Assembly (NCBI GenBank): GCA_947632035.1
Contig: CANRNR010000008.1
Span: 3,092-67,091, forward strand
Direction: 5' to 3'
DNA length: 64,000 nucleotides
Origin: an uncultured Clostridia bacterium
Lineage (GTDB): Bacteria > Bacillota > Clostridia > TANB77 > CAG-508
Shown piece by piece: positions 19,991 to 30,585 of the stretch. The first letter of the stretch is position 1. Each line of letters opens with the position of its first letter. Below the pieces are notes generated by a model that searched no databases, was not told the DNA's origin, and saw only the letters and a program-made list of their open reading frames with translations. Both the position numbers and the translations under genes were made by a program.

Positions 19991-20932
19991 ATGGTAGAAG
20001 ATAATGCAATTAAAGCAACTGTATCACCATTTGCGATTCGCGAAGGTGAAGTAAAAGTATTTGACGGAAAAGATGGATATGTATCCATGAACCAAATTAT
20101 ACATAGGATAAACATAGGACATATTACAGATATTCATTTTGCAATACTAGAATTAGTAAATGAGTTTGAATTTATAACATCAAGGCAATTACTTCAAATG
20201 TTAGAATGGAAGCACATAGAAGTAGGCTCACAAGATAAATTAAATAATAAGCTAGAACAATTAGTAAAAACAAAAATATTAACAAGATATTACTTTGATT
20301 CAGAAGATGGAAAAGGAATATATCGTATATACTGCTTAGAGAAAATGGGAAAATACCTTTTAAACTCAAGAGGTACAGAATGTAAATGGCAACCAACAGA
20401 TAACACTAAACCAGTAGCAATGATAAAGAAAAGATTAGCAGGTAACCAAACACTAATTGCATATTTAAGAAAAGTAAAAGCATTTGATTCATATAAACCA
20501 AAGCCAGCATTTACTGCAAAACAAAGTGGAAAGCTATTTAAAGCAAGTGGTGGTAGTGTAAAATTAACTAAAAACAATAAATCTATTGAATTTGTATTTG
20601 AAGTAGTTCGTAGAGAACCTGACTGGGAAAAGAAGCTAATTGAAAAAATGAGACTATATAAAGACTTTTACGAAAACTTCCAATTAGGAGATTCTGGATT
20701 CATGAACATACCACAAATAATACTTGTTTGTGAAGATGAAAAACACATGGCAGAAACTTTCAAAGCAATAGTTATGAACCAAGTAGAAATAAATAATGTT
20801 AAAATATACTATACAACAGATTTAAGACAAAATGAAGAAACGCTTGCAAAAACATTAGTAGAATTTAAACTAGACGAAGAAACTAAAAAATACAAAATGG
20901 AAAACATAGAAGTAAAACTACTTGGAATTTAA
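19991..20932 (+). CDS. Hypothetical protein, possibly replication-relaxation-like (winged helix plus nuclease-like domain)
   Basis: AGGAGG SD; IL.LV.EFEFITSRQL...L..LV...IL.RY...Y.L...G helix-turn-helix pattern and C-terminal FEVVR...K...Y...P.IILVCED. Family assignment is inference. Confidence 0.5.
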   Translation: MVEDNAIKATVSPFAIREGEVKVFDGKDGYVSMNQIIHRINIGHITDIHFAILELVNEFEFITSRQLLQMLEWKHIEVGSQDKLNNKLEQLVKTKILTRYYFDSEDGKGIYRIYCLEKMGKYLLNSRGTECKWQPTDNTKPVAMIKKRLAGNQTLIAYLRKVKAFDSYKPKPAFTAKQSGKLFKASGGSVKLTKNNKSIEFVFEVVRREPDWEKKLIEKMRLYKDFYENFQLGDSGFMNIPQIILVCEDEKHMAETFKAIVMNQVEINNVKIYYTTDLRQNEETLAKTLVEFKLDEETKKYKMENIEVKLLGI

Positions 20933-21004
20933 AATGTAGATTATGATAAAAAATTACAAATTAAATATTTATAAAAATTCAAAAAGAAGTAATTGAGAAT
21001 AATA

Positions 21005-21123
21005 AAAGAACAATAGAGCTTTTGTTTATGTCTTGCTGTCGCTAAGCAATCTGTCGATTGCTAGCTCCAAACGCGCTTCGCTTGAACGCTGCGCAACATT
21101 GCACAAAAGCTCTATTGTTCTTT
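21005..21123. repeat. GC-rich structured intergenic element, copy 2
   Basis: 21-bp perfect outer inverted repeat (21005-21025 / 21103-21123) enclosing the same core as copy 1. Confidence 0.85.
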
Positions 21124-21215
21124 AGTATTTAGTATTTTTTAATAGGAATCTTTTATAATTAGGTTGCGACAACAATGTGCAAACAAAAGTTATATTATTT
21201 TTTTGTAATTATAAT

Positions 21216-23597
21216 TTACTCTCCATTTTTATTTCTTTTTAAATTAACTACAATAGCACTATCATTATCAAATAAGAAACTAGAATCAGAATCATCCATC
21301 TTAATAGGGTCTGTTTCACGATTCATGTCGTAATTATCATTACTTTTTGTTGCACCAACATAATTTCCTTGATTTTTCCTTAAAGTTTTTTTAGTAGCAG
21401 CTGATGCATCAGCAATACCACTTGTAAATTTAGCAAAGTCATAAGTTTTAACTTTCTGAGGCTCTTTATATTTAGCTTCCATAAAGTCTACTTTACCTTT
21501 TTCAACTACGCTCTTACCCTTGGTATCCTTAACTTTATAAATAACTTGTTTTGCCTTTAATGCCATAATCTTACCAGCTGCATAGTTTGGTTTCCATTTA
21601 AACTCAATTCCACCATATTTTTGATCATAACTCTTTTTATCAGGATCAGTATTATAATCATTTTTCCAAGTCCATTCTCTCTTATCTTGCATTTCAGTTT
21701 GCCACCACTCAACATCTTCTGGAAGTGCATTACCAAAGATGAATTTATTAACCGTGTTAGAAAGAATAAGTGATTTGAAATAATCTCCTCTATTATCAGC
21801 AGAATAATCACCTTTAAGCTGTGTTAAGTTTTGTGAATCTAATACAGTTGCAACTTTATATTTACGATATATTGTGTAGATTGGCTCAGTTGCTTTGCAA
21901 ATATAAGTTGGAAAATCGTCAATATATAAGAAATGAGGAATACGTGTACTATCATTTCCAGGTCTAGAAAGAATAGATTGTTGCATTAGTAATATGAAGA
22001 ATAATCCGAATGCTTTATGTGCAACTTCACCTAAATCTCCTCTACGTGTACATACTAAAGTAATTTCACCATTTTCTAAAATTTGATCATAATCTAAATT
22101 ATTAGTACGCTTACATAAAATATTTTTAACACCAGGGTATCTAAGTAAATTGTCAAGTTCAGTTGAAGCTGTAGTAACAGAACGCTTTGCATTGATTAAG
22201 TTACTAGAATCTGGATAAAAGTTATTTTCAAAGTAACGAATTAAAATACGATATTTCTCAGCAAGCTCTGGAATTTGTTTCATTCTTTCAACCATGTCTA
22301 CAACTAGGTCAAAGTCTGTAAGTAAGCTTAACATATCCTCTAAGTTTGGAAGTAAGCCTTCATGCTCTAATGGATACATTTCTTTAAGTAAAATAGCTAC
22401 ATTCTCTAAAATTTGAATAGCTTCATTTTGCCTAAAAGCAAGTTCTGTATCAGGTCTACTGTGAATGAATAATCCTTTCAGTACTGAAGAAATAGCTAAA
22501 CCAGTCTTAATAGGGTCTTTATAAACAAATGGGTTTAATCCAGGTGAATCTACTCTATTAGGGTCTACAACATTTACTGGTAAATGAAAGTTTTGAGCAA
22601 CTTTCTCTATTTTTTCTACTGATTCATGCTCAGCAGATACATAAGTAATACCCATATTACGATAAACAAATTTATCCCCTGAGTTAGAAATAATCATCTT
22701 TTTCATATAATTCTTATAAGTAGATATTTTATCAGGATTAGGAACTAACATATCTAAAGAAAAGTGTTCATTAATATAATTATTATCATAAGGGCAAGTT
22801 AATGTGGCAAGTCCAGTTTTTAAAGCAGTAAATCCCATTTCTTTAGAAACTTCTTTAAAGAATGATTTTCTTTCAATATCTCTAGCAAGCATTGGTTCAT
22901 AAACCATTGTTGTTTTACCAGAACCAGAAACACCAACGATTAAGAATGATTCAAAACGTTTAGATTCTGGAATACAAACATCGGCACCACTTTCAGAGTC
23001 TGTACAAACCTTTATTTCACAAGTGTAAATACCATGTAACTCTTTATCAGAGCTTAAAGATATTCCAGGGTAATCAAAAATAGAATCACGAATATCCTTA
23101 GTATCATGTACTGTGAATAATAACCATTTAAATACCCTATAGAATGTAACTAAAGGTATATATAAAGCGATAGCTGTAAAGGCTGGTCTAAATAAATAGT
23201 AGAAGTTTGTAGCAAGGTCAACATAGTTTGGAAGTGAAAGTATACTAACCCAAGCTAATTGATTTAACCATTGAACAGCTGCCGATACAATCAAAATATA
23301 GAATGAAACAAAAAATGTGTGGAATATTCTATACTTAGCCACATCTGAACTAGCAAACTTAGAAGGACCAGAAAATAAAAATGCAAAAGTTAAGCAAGCA
23401 AAAGCAATCGTGTATTGAATTGGTCCCCAATATGAAAATCCTACGCCAGTAAAGATAAGGAACAATAATTCCACTATTCTATCTATTAAAATATAAGCAG
23501 ATATTAAAGTCAAAATATAAGTCGCAAACGTATTTCTATCTGTTTTTAAAAATTTCAAAAATTTATCGAATAATTTTAACAAATTTATCACATCCAA
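21216..23597 (-). CDS. VirD4/TraG/TraD-like membrane ATPase (type IV coupling protein family)
   Basis: N-terminal TM helices, Walker A GVSGSGKT, NPF motif, Walker-B-like FLYIDDF, RKY.V.....SQNL.QL, ILSN..NK..FG. Confidence 0.75.
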   Translation of the reverse strand: MDVINLLKLFDKFLKFLKTDRNTFATYILTLISAYILIDRIVELLFLIFTGVGFSYWGPIQYTIAFACLTFAFLFSGPSKFASSDVAKYRIFHTFFVSFYILIVSAAVQWLNQLAWVSILSLPNYVDLATNFYYLFRPAFTAIALYIPLVTFYRVFKWLLFTVHDTKDIRDSIFDYPGISLSSDKELHGIYTCEIKVCTDSESGADVCIPESKRFESFLIVGVSGSGKTTMVYEPMLARDIERKSFFKEVSKEMGFTALKTGLATLTCPYDNNYINEHFSLDMLVPNPDKISTYKNYMKKMIISNSGDKFVYRNMGITYVSAEHESVEKIEKVAQNFHLPVNVVDPNRVDSPGLNPFVYKDPIKTGLAISSVLKGLFIHSRPDTELAFRQNEAIQILENVAILLKEMYPLEHEGLLPNLEDMLSLLTDFDLVVDMVERMKQIPELAEKYRILIRYFENNFYPDSSNLINAKRSVTTASTELDNLLRYPGVKNILCKRTNNLDYDQILENGEITLVCTRRGDLGEVAHKAFGLFFILLMQQSILSRPGNDSTRIPHFLYIDDFPTYICKATEPIYTIYRKYKVATVLDSQNLTQLKGDYSADNRGDYFKSLILSNTVNKFIFGNALPEDVEWWQTEMQDKREWTWKNDYNTDPDKKSYDQKYGGIEFKWKPNYAAGKIMALKAKQVIYKVKDTKGKSVVEKGKVDFMEAKYKEPQKVKTYDFAKFTSGIADASAATKKTLRKNQGNYVGATKSNDNYDMNRETDPIKMDDSDSSFLFDNDSAIVVNLKRNKNGE

Positions 23598-23732
23598 TTT
23601 ATAATATATCTCTTTATATTATCTAATAAAATCAAGAAAAAAACAAGGGTTTTTGCGAAAAAATACTTAAATTAGCATAAAATTATTATTTAAATCGTAT
23701 GTATTAAATGAATAATTTAAAAGAAGGTAAAG

Positions 23733-25331
23733 ATGAAAAAGAGAAAATTACAAAAAGAAAATTTTATGCAAAGTGTCTTAATATTAATGTTTTCACAAGT
23801 ATTAATAAAAATATTGGGAGTTATATATAAATTATACTTAACAAATAGAGAAGGGTTTGGAGACAAAGGAAACGCAGTATATAGTAGTGGCTTCCAAATA
23901 TATGCCTTATTTTTAACTATTTCTTCAGTAGGTGTACCAGGAGCAGTTGCAAAGCTTGTATCAGAAAGAGTAGCAATAGGAGACTATAAAGGTGCACATA
24001 GGACATTTAAAATCGCACTTATTGCTTTTGGAACAATAGGTTTTTTATGCAGTACAATATTATTTTTAGGAGCAAAATACATATCTAATTATTTCTTACA
24101 AATACCTGAAGCAGAGCTAACATTAATTGCACTTTCGCCATCAATATTCTTAGTTTCTATTTCATGTGTAATTAAAGGATATTTTAATGGGAGAAACAAT
24201 TTAAAGGTAACTGCAAATGCACAAAGTTTAGAACAACTTTTTAAAACTGCTCTATCAGTTATTTTAGTAGAATTAACAGCGATAATATCAGGAGTAGATA
24301 CTACAGTAATGGCAGCAGGTGCAAATTTAGCAACAACTATTTCTACATTCCTTTGTTTCTTTTATTTATATAGATATTACGCAGTAATGAAAAAAGAAAT
24401 AAAATTAGAAATAAAAAATACAATAAACCATAAACCTACTAGAATCAGAAAAACAATTAAGCAGATTTTTTCGGTATCTATACCAATGTCGATGTCTGCT
24501 ATATTAGGAACTATAAATAAAAATATCGATTCTATGACTGTGGTAAGAGGGCTTAAAAAGTTTTTGAGCGAAGATGAAGCTAAAGTAGAGTACGGAATTT
24601 TAAGCGGAAAAGTAGACACTTTAGTTACACTTCCAATGTCACTTAATATGGCATTTGCAACAACTCTAATTACAACTATTTCATCAGCTAAAGCAATAGG
24701 AAATGAAAAGTTAGCAAAAAGTAAGATAGAATTTTCACTATTACTTACAATTTTAATAGGCTTGCCTTGTATGGTAGGAATGATCTTATTTGCAAAACCA
24801 ATTTTACAACTCTTATTTCCAAATGCAAGCTCAGGAAGTTTTATATATCAAATTAGTTCATTAGGAATAATATTTATAATCTTAGAACAAACAATTAGTG
24901 GGGCTTTACATGGGTTGGGAAAAATGCTAGTTCCTGGATTTGCATTATTAGTGGGTGTTTTGGTTAAATTTATAATTAATAGCTATTTAGTTCCAATAAA
25001 TCCTCAAAAATTTATATTAGGTGGAACAGCAGGAGCGGCATTTGCAACAGTAATTTGTCATTTAATAGCTGTTGTAATTGAATTTTGTATCTTAAAAAAA
25101 GAAATCAATCTAAACTTAGATTTTAAAAAATATATAATTAAACCAGCAATTTCAACAATAATTATGGGAATTAGTTCTAAAATATTATATGAAAGCATAA
25201 AGAAAAATATAGGAAGAAATATTGCTTTAGTATTTTCACTAGGAATAGCTATAATAATTTATATTGCTTTCATTTTTATATTAAAAGTATTTTCAAAAGA
25301 AGAACTAAGTAAATTAAAAAGACGAAACTAA
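23733..25331 (+). CDS. Polysaccharide biosynthesis / MurJ-SpoVB (MOP) flippase family protein
   Basis: FMQ...LM.SQ...KILG..Y, GVP.A.AKLVSE, S..KGYF.G, Q..EQ, YG...GK; multiple TM helices. Confidence 0.85.
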   Translation: MKKRKLQKENFMQSVLILMFSQVLIKILGVIYKLYLTNREGFGDKGNAVYSSGFQIYALFLTISSVGVPGAVAKLVSERVAIGDYKGAHRTFKIALIAFGTIGFLCSTILFLGAKYISNYFLQIPEAELTLIALSPSIFLVSISCVIKGYFNGRNNLKVTANAQSLEQLFKTALSVILVELTAIISGVDTTVMAAGANLATTISTFLCFFYLYRYYAVMKKEIKLEIKNTINHKPTRIRKTIKQIFSVSIPMSMSAILGTINKNIDSMTVVRGLKKFLSEDEAKVEYGILSGKVDTLVTLPMSLNMAFATTLITTISSAKAIGNEKLAKSKIEFSLLLTILIGLPCMVGMILFAKPILQLLFPNASSGSFIYQISSLGIIFIILEQTISGALHGLGKMLVPGFALLVGVLVKFIINSYLVPINPQKFILGGTAGAAFATVICHLIAVVIEFCILKKEINLNLDFKKYIIKPAISTIIMGISSKILYESIKKNIGRNIALVFSLGIAIIIYIAFIFILKVFSKEELSKLKRRN

Positions 25332-25691
25332 AATAAGGTAAAAAGCCAAAAAAATAGAATAAGAAAGTAAGACAAAAAAGCAAACTAAAAAATAGAATAG
25401 GAAAGTAAAACGAGAAATCAAAACTAAAAATGAAATAAGAAGTTTAAACAAAATTAAAAAAATTATAAATAAAATATAAAAAATTTTAAAGAACCTGGTA
25501 CTGTACACAAGAAGCCAAACCGCAACGTGCACAAGACTTTCAAGGCTTGAAAATGGTGCAAACTTACGGCAAAGTAAACTTTATAAGAAAAAATAAATCA
25601 AAAAAAGAAGGATTTTAGAAAAGAATGACGAATAATGATATTAGTAGATAACAATCTACATATTCAAAAATCTTATAGGAGGTAATGTTAA

Positions 25692-25970
25692 ATGAACAAG
25701 TCAGAATTAATCGCAGCTATGGCAGCAAAAACAGGAGAAACAAAAAAAGATGCTGAAGCAGCATTAAACGCATTCACAAGCGTTGTAACAAACGCATTAG
25801 TAAAAGGAGATAAAGTTCAATTAGTTGGATTTGGATCTTTCGAAGTTAGAAAGAGAGCAGCTAGAAAAGGAAGAAACCCACAAACTAAAGAAGAAATCAA
25901 AATACCTGCATCTAAAGCACCTGTATTCAAAGCAGGAAAAGCTTTAAAAGATTTAGTAAACAAAAAATAA
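25692..25970 (+). CDS. hup: DNA-binding protein HU
   Basis: [34 protein letters not shown]...[17 protein letters not shown]. Confidence 0.98.
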   Translation: MNKSELIAAMAAKTGETKKDAEAALNAFTSVVTNALVKGDKVQLVGFGSFEVRKRAARKGRNPQTKEEIKIPASKAPVFKAGKALKDLVNKK

Positions 25971-26001
25971 TATAATTTATATAAATTATATGAATTCATA
26001 T

Positions 26002-26040
26002 CAAGAGATATAGAAATTTAATCTATATCTCTTTTTTTAT
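26002..26040 (+). terminator. Intrinsic terminator of hup
   Basis: AAGAGATATAGA..TCTATATCTCTT followed by a T-run. Confidence 0.8.
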
Positions 26041-26107
26041 TAAAATTTGTGATAACAACTAAAAAATATTAATAAAATTATACAAAAAAGCTAAAAGCTA
26101 TGATATA

Positions 26108-27337
26108 ATGAAGAAAATTTTTAAGAAAGAAGATGTAAAAATGTACAGAAATACATATATCGAGGTAAATGTAGACAACTTAAAACACAATGTCGAAACT
26201 ATTATAAAAAAGTATCCAGAATATAAGTATTATTTTGGAGTAGTAAAGGGTAATGCTTATGGACATAGTGATAAAATTGCAAAATATCTAGTTGATAGTG
26301 GAATCAACTATTTTGCAATAGCATCATTAGAAGAAGGAATATCTTTAAGAAAAGATGGAGTTACAATACCAATACTATGCTTAGAGCCAATAGATATAGA
26401 GTATATAGAAGAATGTATAGAAAATAATATTACAATTACAGTACATAGTTATGAATATTATAAAAAACTAATGGAAAAAAATATAGAAAAGCCTTTAAAA
26501 GTACATATTAAAATAGATTCAGGGCTTTGCAGACTAGGCTTTAATAAGAAAGAACAAGTAAAAGAAGTAGTAGAAAATTTAAAACAAAAAGAAAATATTA
26601 TAGTAGAAGGAATTTTTACTCATTTTGCAACAGACGGAATTTATGACACATCTTGGGATAACCAAATGAAAAAATTTAAAGAATTAACTTCAGAAATTGA
26701 TTTAAACGAAATTCCAATAGTACATTTGGGAAGAAGCCAGACATTATTAAATCACGATAAAATACCATTCGCAAATGGTATTCGTTTAGGTATCATTTTA
26801 TATGGATATAATACAACACCAAAACCACTACCAAAGGGATTTTTAAATACATTAAGAAGATGGAAAAGACAATATTATCATAAGAAAAACAATATAAGTC
26901 CAACAATTACAGATGTTGATATTGAATTAAAAACAGCATTTTCACTATATAGTGAAGTAATGCAAGTAAAGAAAATTTCAAAAGGTAGTTTTGTAGGTTA
27001 TGGTAGAATATATGAAGCAAAAGAAGATATGTATGTAGCAATTATTCCAGTAGGTTATGCAGACGGATTTAGCAGAAGAAATAAAGGAAGACAAATCGTA
27101 ATAAATGGAAAGAGATATGATTTAGTAGGCGATATAAATATGGGAATGATTATTGCAAAAGTAGATGAAACAGTACATGAAAATGATAAAGTAACATTAA
27201 TAGGTGATGAAATTCCAATGACAGAGGTTGCAAGAGCAATGGGTACAAGTGTATATGAAGGCTCATGTATGTTAAATAACTGGATTCCAAGAGTTTTAAA
27301 AGTAAATGGAAAAACTGTAGAAATAGACGAAAAATAA
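26108..27337 (+). CDS. alr: Alanine racemase family PLP enzyme (start may be ATG 26141)
   Basis: VVKGNAYGH (PLP lysine), HIKIDSG..RLG, GIFTHFA, RLGI.LYG, VGYG, PVGYADG. Confidence 0.88.
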   Translation: MKKIFKKEDVKMYRNTYIEVNVDNLKHNVETIIKKYPEYKYYFGVVKGNAYGHSDKIAKYLVDSGINYFAIASLEEGISLRKDGVTIPILCLEPIDIEYIEECIENNITITVHSYEYYKKLMEKNIEKPLKVHIKIDSGLCRLGFNKKEQVKEVVENLKQKENIIVEGIFTHFATDGIYDTSWDNQMKKFKELTSEIDLNEIPIVHLGRSQTLLNHDKIPFANGIRLGIILYGYNTTPKPLPKGFLNTLRRWKRQYYHKKNNISPTITDVDIELKTAFSLYSEVMQVKKISKGSFVGYGRIYEAKEDMYVAIIPVGYADGFSRRNKGRQIVINGKRYDLVGDINMGMIIAKVDETVHENDKVTLIGDEIPMTEVARAMGTSVYEGSCMLNNWIPRVLKVNGKTVEIDEK

Positions 27338-27434
27338 GCATGCATATTATTTGATTAATTAGCATAAAGAATAATTAATCAACATAAAATATGATAATTG
27401 CATAAAATGTTGAATTACGAAAGGTAGAAAAATA

Positions 27435-28664
27435 ATGGAACAAAACTTTGATGTAGTAATTTTAGGAAGTGACTTTAATACTTATTATATGGCAAGATGC
27501 TACCATGAAATTTACCAAAAGAAAGTAGACATAATTGGAAAAAGAGCTTTAGGAGTAGTGTCATATAGCAAAATAGTCAACTTTATAGAAGAACCAGAAT
27601 TAGAAACTAATGAAGGTTTTGTTAAAGCTTTAAATAAGTATGCTAAAAATAAATCAGAAGAGCACATAATTCTAATAGGAACAAGCGATGAACTAGTAAG
27701 ATTAATCATCGAAAACAAAGAAAAATTAGATAAAAAATATTTACATAATTATCCTAGTTTAGAGATATTGAATCAGATTGCAGTTAAAGATGTGTTTTAT
27801 AAAACCTTTGAAAATAGCAAATTAAACATTCCTAAAACTTATATCTATCCATGCAACAAAGATGAACAAATTGATGAAAAAAAAGTAGAAGAATTAAAAT
27901 TTCCTATAATAGTAAAGCCAGGAAATAATATTGATTATCATAATCATAAATTTGAAGGTATGTATAAAGTATACAAAATTCATACAATGGATGAACTAAA
28001 AGAAGTAGTAAATAAAATAAAAGCATCTGGTTATACAAGTAATTTAATTATACAAGAATTTATACCAGGTGATGATTGTGCTCTATTTGATGTTGTAGTT
28101 TACTGTAACAAAGCAAAAAAAGTACAATTAATGACATTTGCTCAAATAGGATTACAAGAACGAAATCCTGGAGGAATAGGAAATTGTACATTACTTATAA
28201 ATGGATTTAATGAACATGGGTATAATGAAGAAATTATAAAACCACTAAAAGAATTTATGGAAGAAATAGGATACCAAGGATTTGCAGAATTTGATTTGAA
28301 ATACGATAATAGAGATGGAAGTTACAAGGTTTTAGAAATAAATCCAAGACAAGCAAGAAGTAGTTATTACTTAACAGCTGGTGGACATAATTTGGTACAA
28401 TACTTAATAGATGACTTAATTTATAAAAAAGAAAAACCATTTACATTAATGAAAGATAAAATTTTGCTAAGCTTTGTACCAAAAGCAGTAGTAAAGAAAC
28501 ATGTCTCAAGTACAATGTTAAGAGATGAAGCACTAAAACTTATAAAAGAAAAGAAAATGGTAAATCCACTTAAATATAAAAAGGACAAGTCATTAAAAAG
28601 AAATTTGTATTTAATAGCTAAAGATTTTAATTATATAAGAAAATATAACAGTTTAAAATGGTAG
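27435..28664 (+). CDS. ATP-grasp carboxylate-amine ligase, D-aspartate ligase-like
   Basis: VILGSD.N.Y.MAR..HE.Y, FPIIVKP, IIQEFIPGDD, GF.EFDLKYD.RDG.YK.LEINPRQ.RSSYY. Confidence 0.82.
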   Translation: MEQNFDVVILGSDFNTYYMARCYHEIYQKKVDIIGKRALGVVSYSKIVNFIEEPELETNEGFVKALNKYAKNKSEEHIILIGTSDELVRLIIENKEKLDKKYLHNYPSLEILNQIAVKDVFYKTFENSKLNIPKTYIYPCNKDEQIDEKKVEELKFPIIVKPGNNIDYHNHKFEGMYKVYKIHTMDELKEVVNKIKASGYTSNLIIQEFIPGDDCALFDVVVYCNKAKKVQLMTFAQIGLQERNPGGIGNCTLLINGFNEHGYNEEIIKPLKEFMEEIGYQGFAEFDLKYDNRDGSYKVLEINPRQARSSYYLTAGGHNLVQYLIDDLIYKKEKPFTLMKDKILLSFVPKAVVKKHVSSTMLRDEALKLIKEKKMVNPLKYKKDKSLKRNLYLIAKDFNYIRKYNSLKW

Positions 28665-28893
28665 ACATAAATATTTAAAGCAATCACACAAAGATAATTC
28701 AAGTTAACATAAAGCTAGAATAAAGCCGAAAAATAAGTAATAAAATCATTATACTAATAGAATTATTTAAAGGTAAAAAATACAAATAAAAAAATTCATA
28801 AAAACTATTTAAAAATAAAAATATAAATGTTATAATAAGATAAACTGGATTATAGCTGGACGACAAATTAATATAACAAATAGTATAACAGTT

Positions 28894-29015
28894 TAATAAT
28901 ATAGTAAAATATAAGTTTAAATAATATAATAAAATATAAATTTAAATAATATAATAGAATATAAGTTTAATACAATAAAATATAATAATTTGATAGAATA
29001 ATAACTTGATAATAA
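28894..29015. repeat. Three ~25-bp tandem copies of AATAATATA(G/A)TA(A/G)AATATAA(G/A)TTTA plus decayed copies
   Basis: Read directly upstream of the sortase gene. Confidence 0.6.
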
Positions 29016-29041
29016 AATGAAAAAAGAAAGGAGGCAAGTAT

Positions 29042-29818
29042 ATGAATCAAATACTAATAACAGAAAAATTATATGTAACACCAGAGCTAAAAAGAAGAAA
29101 ACACATATACAAATTAGAATTTTTTATTTCGATTTTTTTAATTTGCCTTCTATTTTCTCATTACATATATGCACAATATGAAATAACTAAAGGTGAGCAA
29201 ATAATGCAACAGATAGAGTCTCAATTAGAATATCAAGAAGACGACAATATGACTATAACAAAAGAGAAAAATGACAATATAATTCTTGTAGTTTTAAGCC
29301 AGGAGGAAGAACAAGAACACATTAATGAAATGCTAAATGTTTTACCTGTAGTAGAAGAAAAACCTAAAGAAGAAAAGAATCTTAAAACATATACATCTTC
29401 TGATGGTGTTAAATATACAATAGAAGCTAGATTGAAAATACCTAAAATAGGACTAGATTATAAAGTACTTTCAGCTACATCCCCAGATTTATTATTTGTC
29501 TCACTTAATAAATTCTTTGGACCAAAACCAAATCAAATAGGAAACTATTGTATTGCAGGACATTATTATTCAAGTAATAAAATGTTTGGATATTTACATA
29601 AATTACAAAATGGTGACAGAGCAACATTAACTGATTTAACTACAAAAGATGGAGAAACAGTAGAATATGAAGTAATTGATAAAAAAGTTATAGAACCAAC
29701 AGATGTAGAATGTACAAATCAAAAATATGCTAGAGATAATGGAATAAGAGAGCTTACTTTAGTAACTTGTACAAATCATGGAAAACAAAGATTGATGGTA
29801 AAACTAAGAGAGGTTTAA
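29042..29818 (+). CDS. Sortase
   Basis: N-terminal TM; L.IPKI.L, GNYCIAGH (His), LTLVTC (Cys), QRL (Arg) catalytic triad. Confidence 0.88.
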   Translation: MNQILITEKLYVTPELKRRKHIYKLEFFISIFLICLLFSHYIYAQYEITKGEQIMQQIESQLEYQEDDNMTITKEKNDNIILVVLSQEEEQEHINEMLNVLPVVEEKPKEEKNLKTYTSSDGVKYTIEARLKIPKIGLDYKVLSATSPDLLFVSLNKFFGPKPNQIGNYCIAGHYYSSNKMFGYLHKLQNGDRATLTDLTTKDGETVEYEVIDKKVIEPTDVECTNQKYARDNGIRELTLVTCTNHGKQRLMVKLREV

Positions 29819-29828
29819 GATAAATTAA

Positions 29829-30326
29829 ATGAAACTTAATATTGTTATGGTAGAACCAGAGATACCACAGAATACAGGAAACATTGCAAGAACTTGTGCA
29901 GCAATAGGTGCTAAATTACATTTAGTAAAACCATTAGGTTTTGAAATAACAGATAAATATTTAAAAAGAGCAGGGCTTGACTATTGGGATAAACTAGAAA
30001 TAGAAATGCATGAGTCATTAAAAGCATTTTTAGAAAAATATCCACCAGAAGAAAATACAATGTATTTTTCTACAACAAAAGGAAAGAACTGCTATTCAGA
30101 TGTAGATTATGCAAAATCAAATGAAATATTCATTTTATTTGGAAAAGAAACTAAAGGCTTACCAGAAGATTTGCTAAAAAAATACATATCACAAACAATT
30201 AGAATACCAATGAGAGAACATTTACGTTCTTTGAATTTATCAAATTCTGTAGCCATTGTTGCATATGAAGTATTAAGACAAGTAGGATTTGAAAAGTTAG
30301 AAGAAATAAGTAGTTATTTTGATTAA
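29829..30326 (+). CDS. trmL: tRNA (cytidine/uridine(34)-2'-O)-methyltransferase
   Basis: EPEIPQNTGNIARTC, LHLVKPLGF, RAGLDYW, FGKETKGLP, RSLNLSN. Confidence 0.95.
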   Translation: MKLNIVMVEPEIPQNTGNIARTCAAIGAKLHLVKPLGFEITDKYLKRAGLDYWDKLEIEMHESLKAFLEKYPPEENTMYFSTTKGKNCYSDVDYAKSNEIFILFGKETKGLPEDLLKKYISQTIRIPMREHLRSLNLSNSVAIVAYEVLRQVGFEKLEEISSYFD

Positions 30327-30413
30327 AGTTTTGTTATTTATATAAACATTGCACAAATTATGTAAACATAAAAGAAAAACATTTAAATAAAAATTATAGA
30401 TAAATATCATAAA

Positions 30414-30449
30414 AAAATCGTCAAAAAGCTGTACTTTTTGACGATTTTG
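30414..30449 (+). terminator. Hairpin after trmL overlapping a downstream extended -10 (TGGTATAAT 30450-30458)
   Basis: AAAATCGTCAAAAAG..CTTTTTGACGATTTT inverted repeat. Confidence 0.65.
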
Positions 30450-30585
30450 TGGTATAATAGAAATGTAGTGAGTAATAAAAAATGTATAAAATTATATATA
30501 AGAAATAAAAATACATAATTATTAAATTATTAAATAAATTATTAAATTATTAAATAAATTATTAAAATAGAAATGGAGAATAAAA

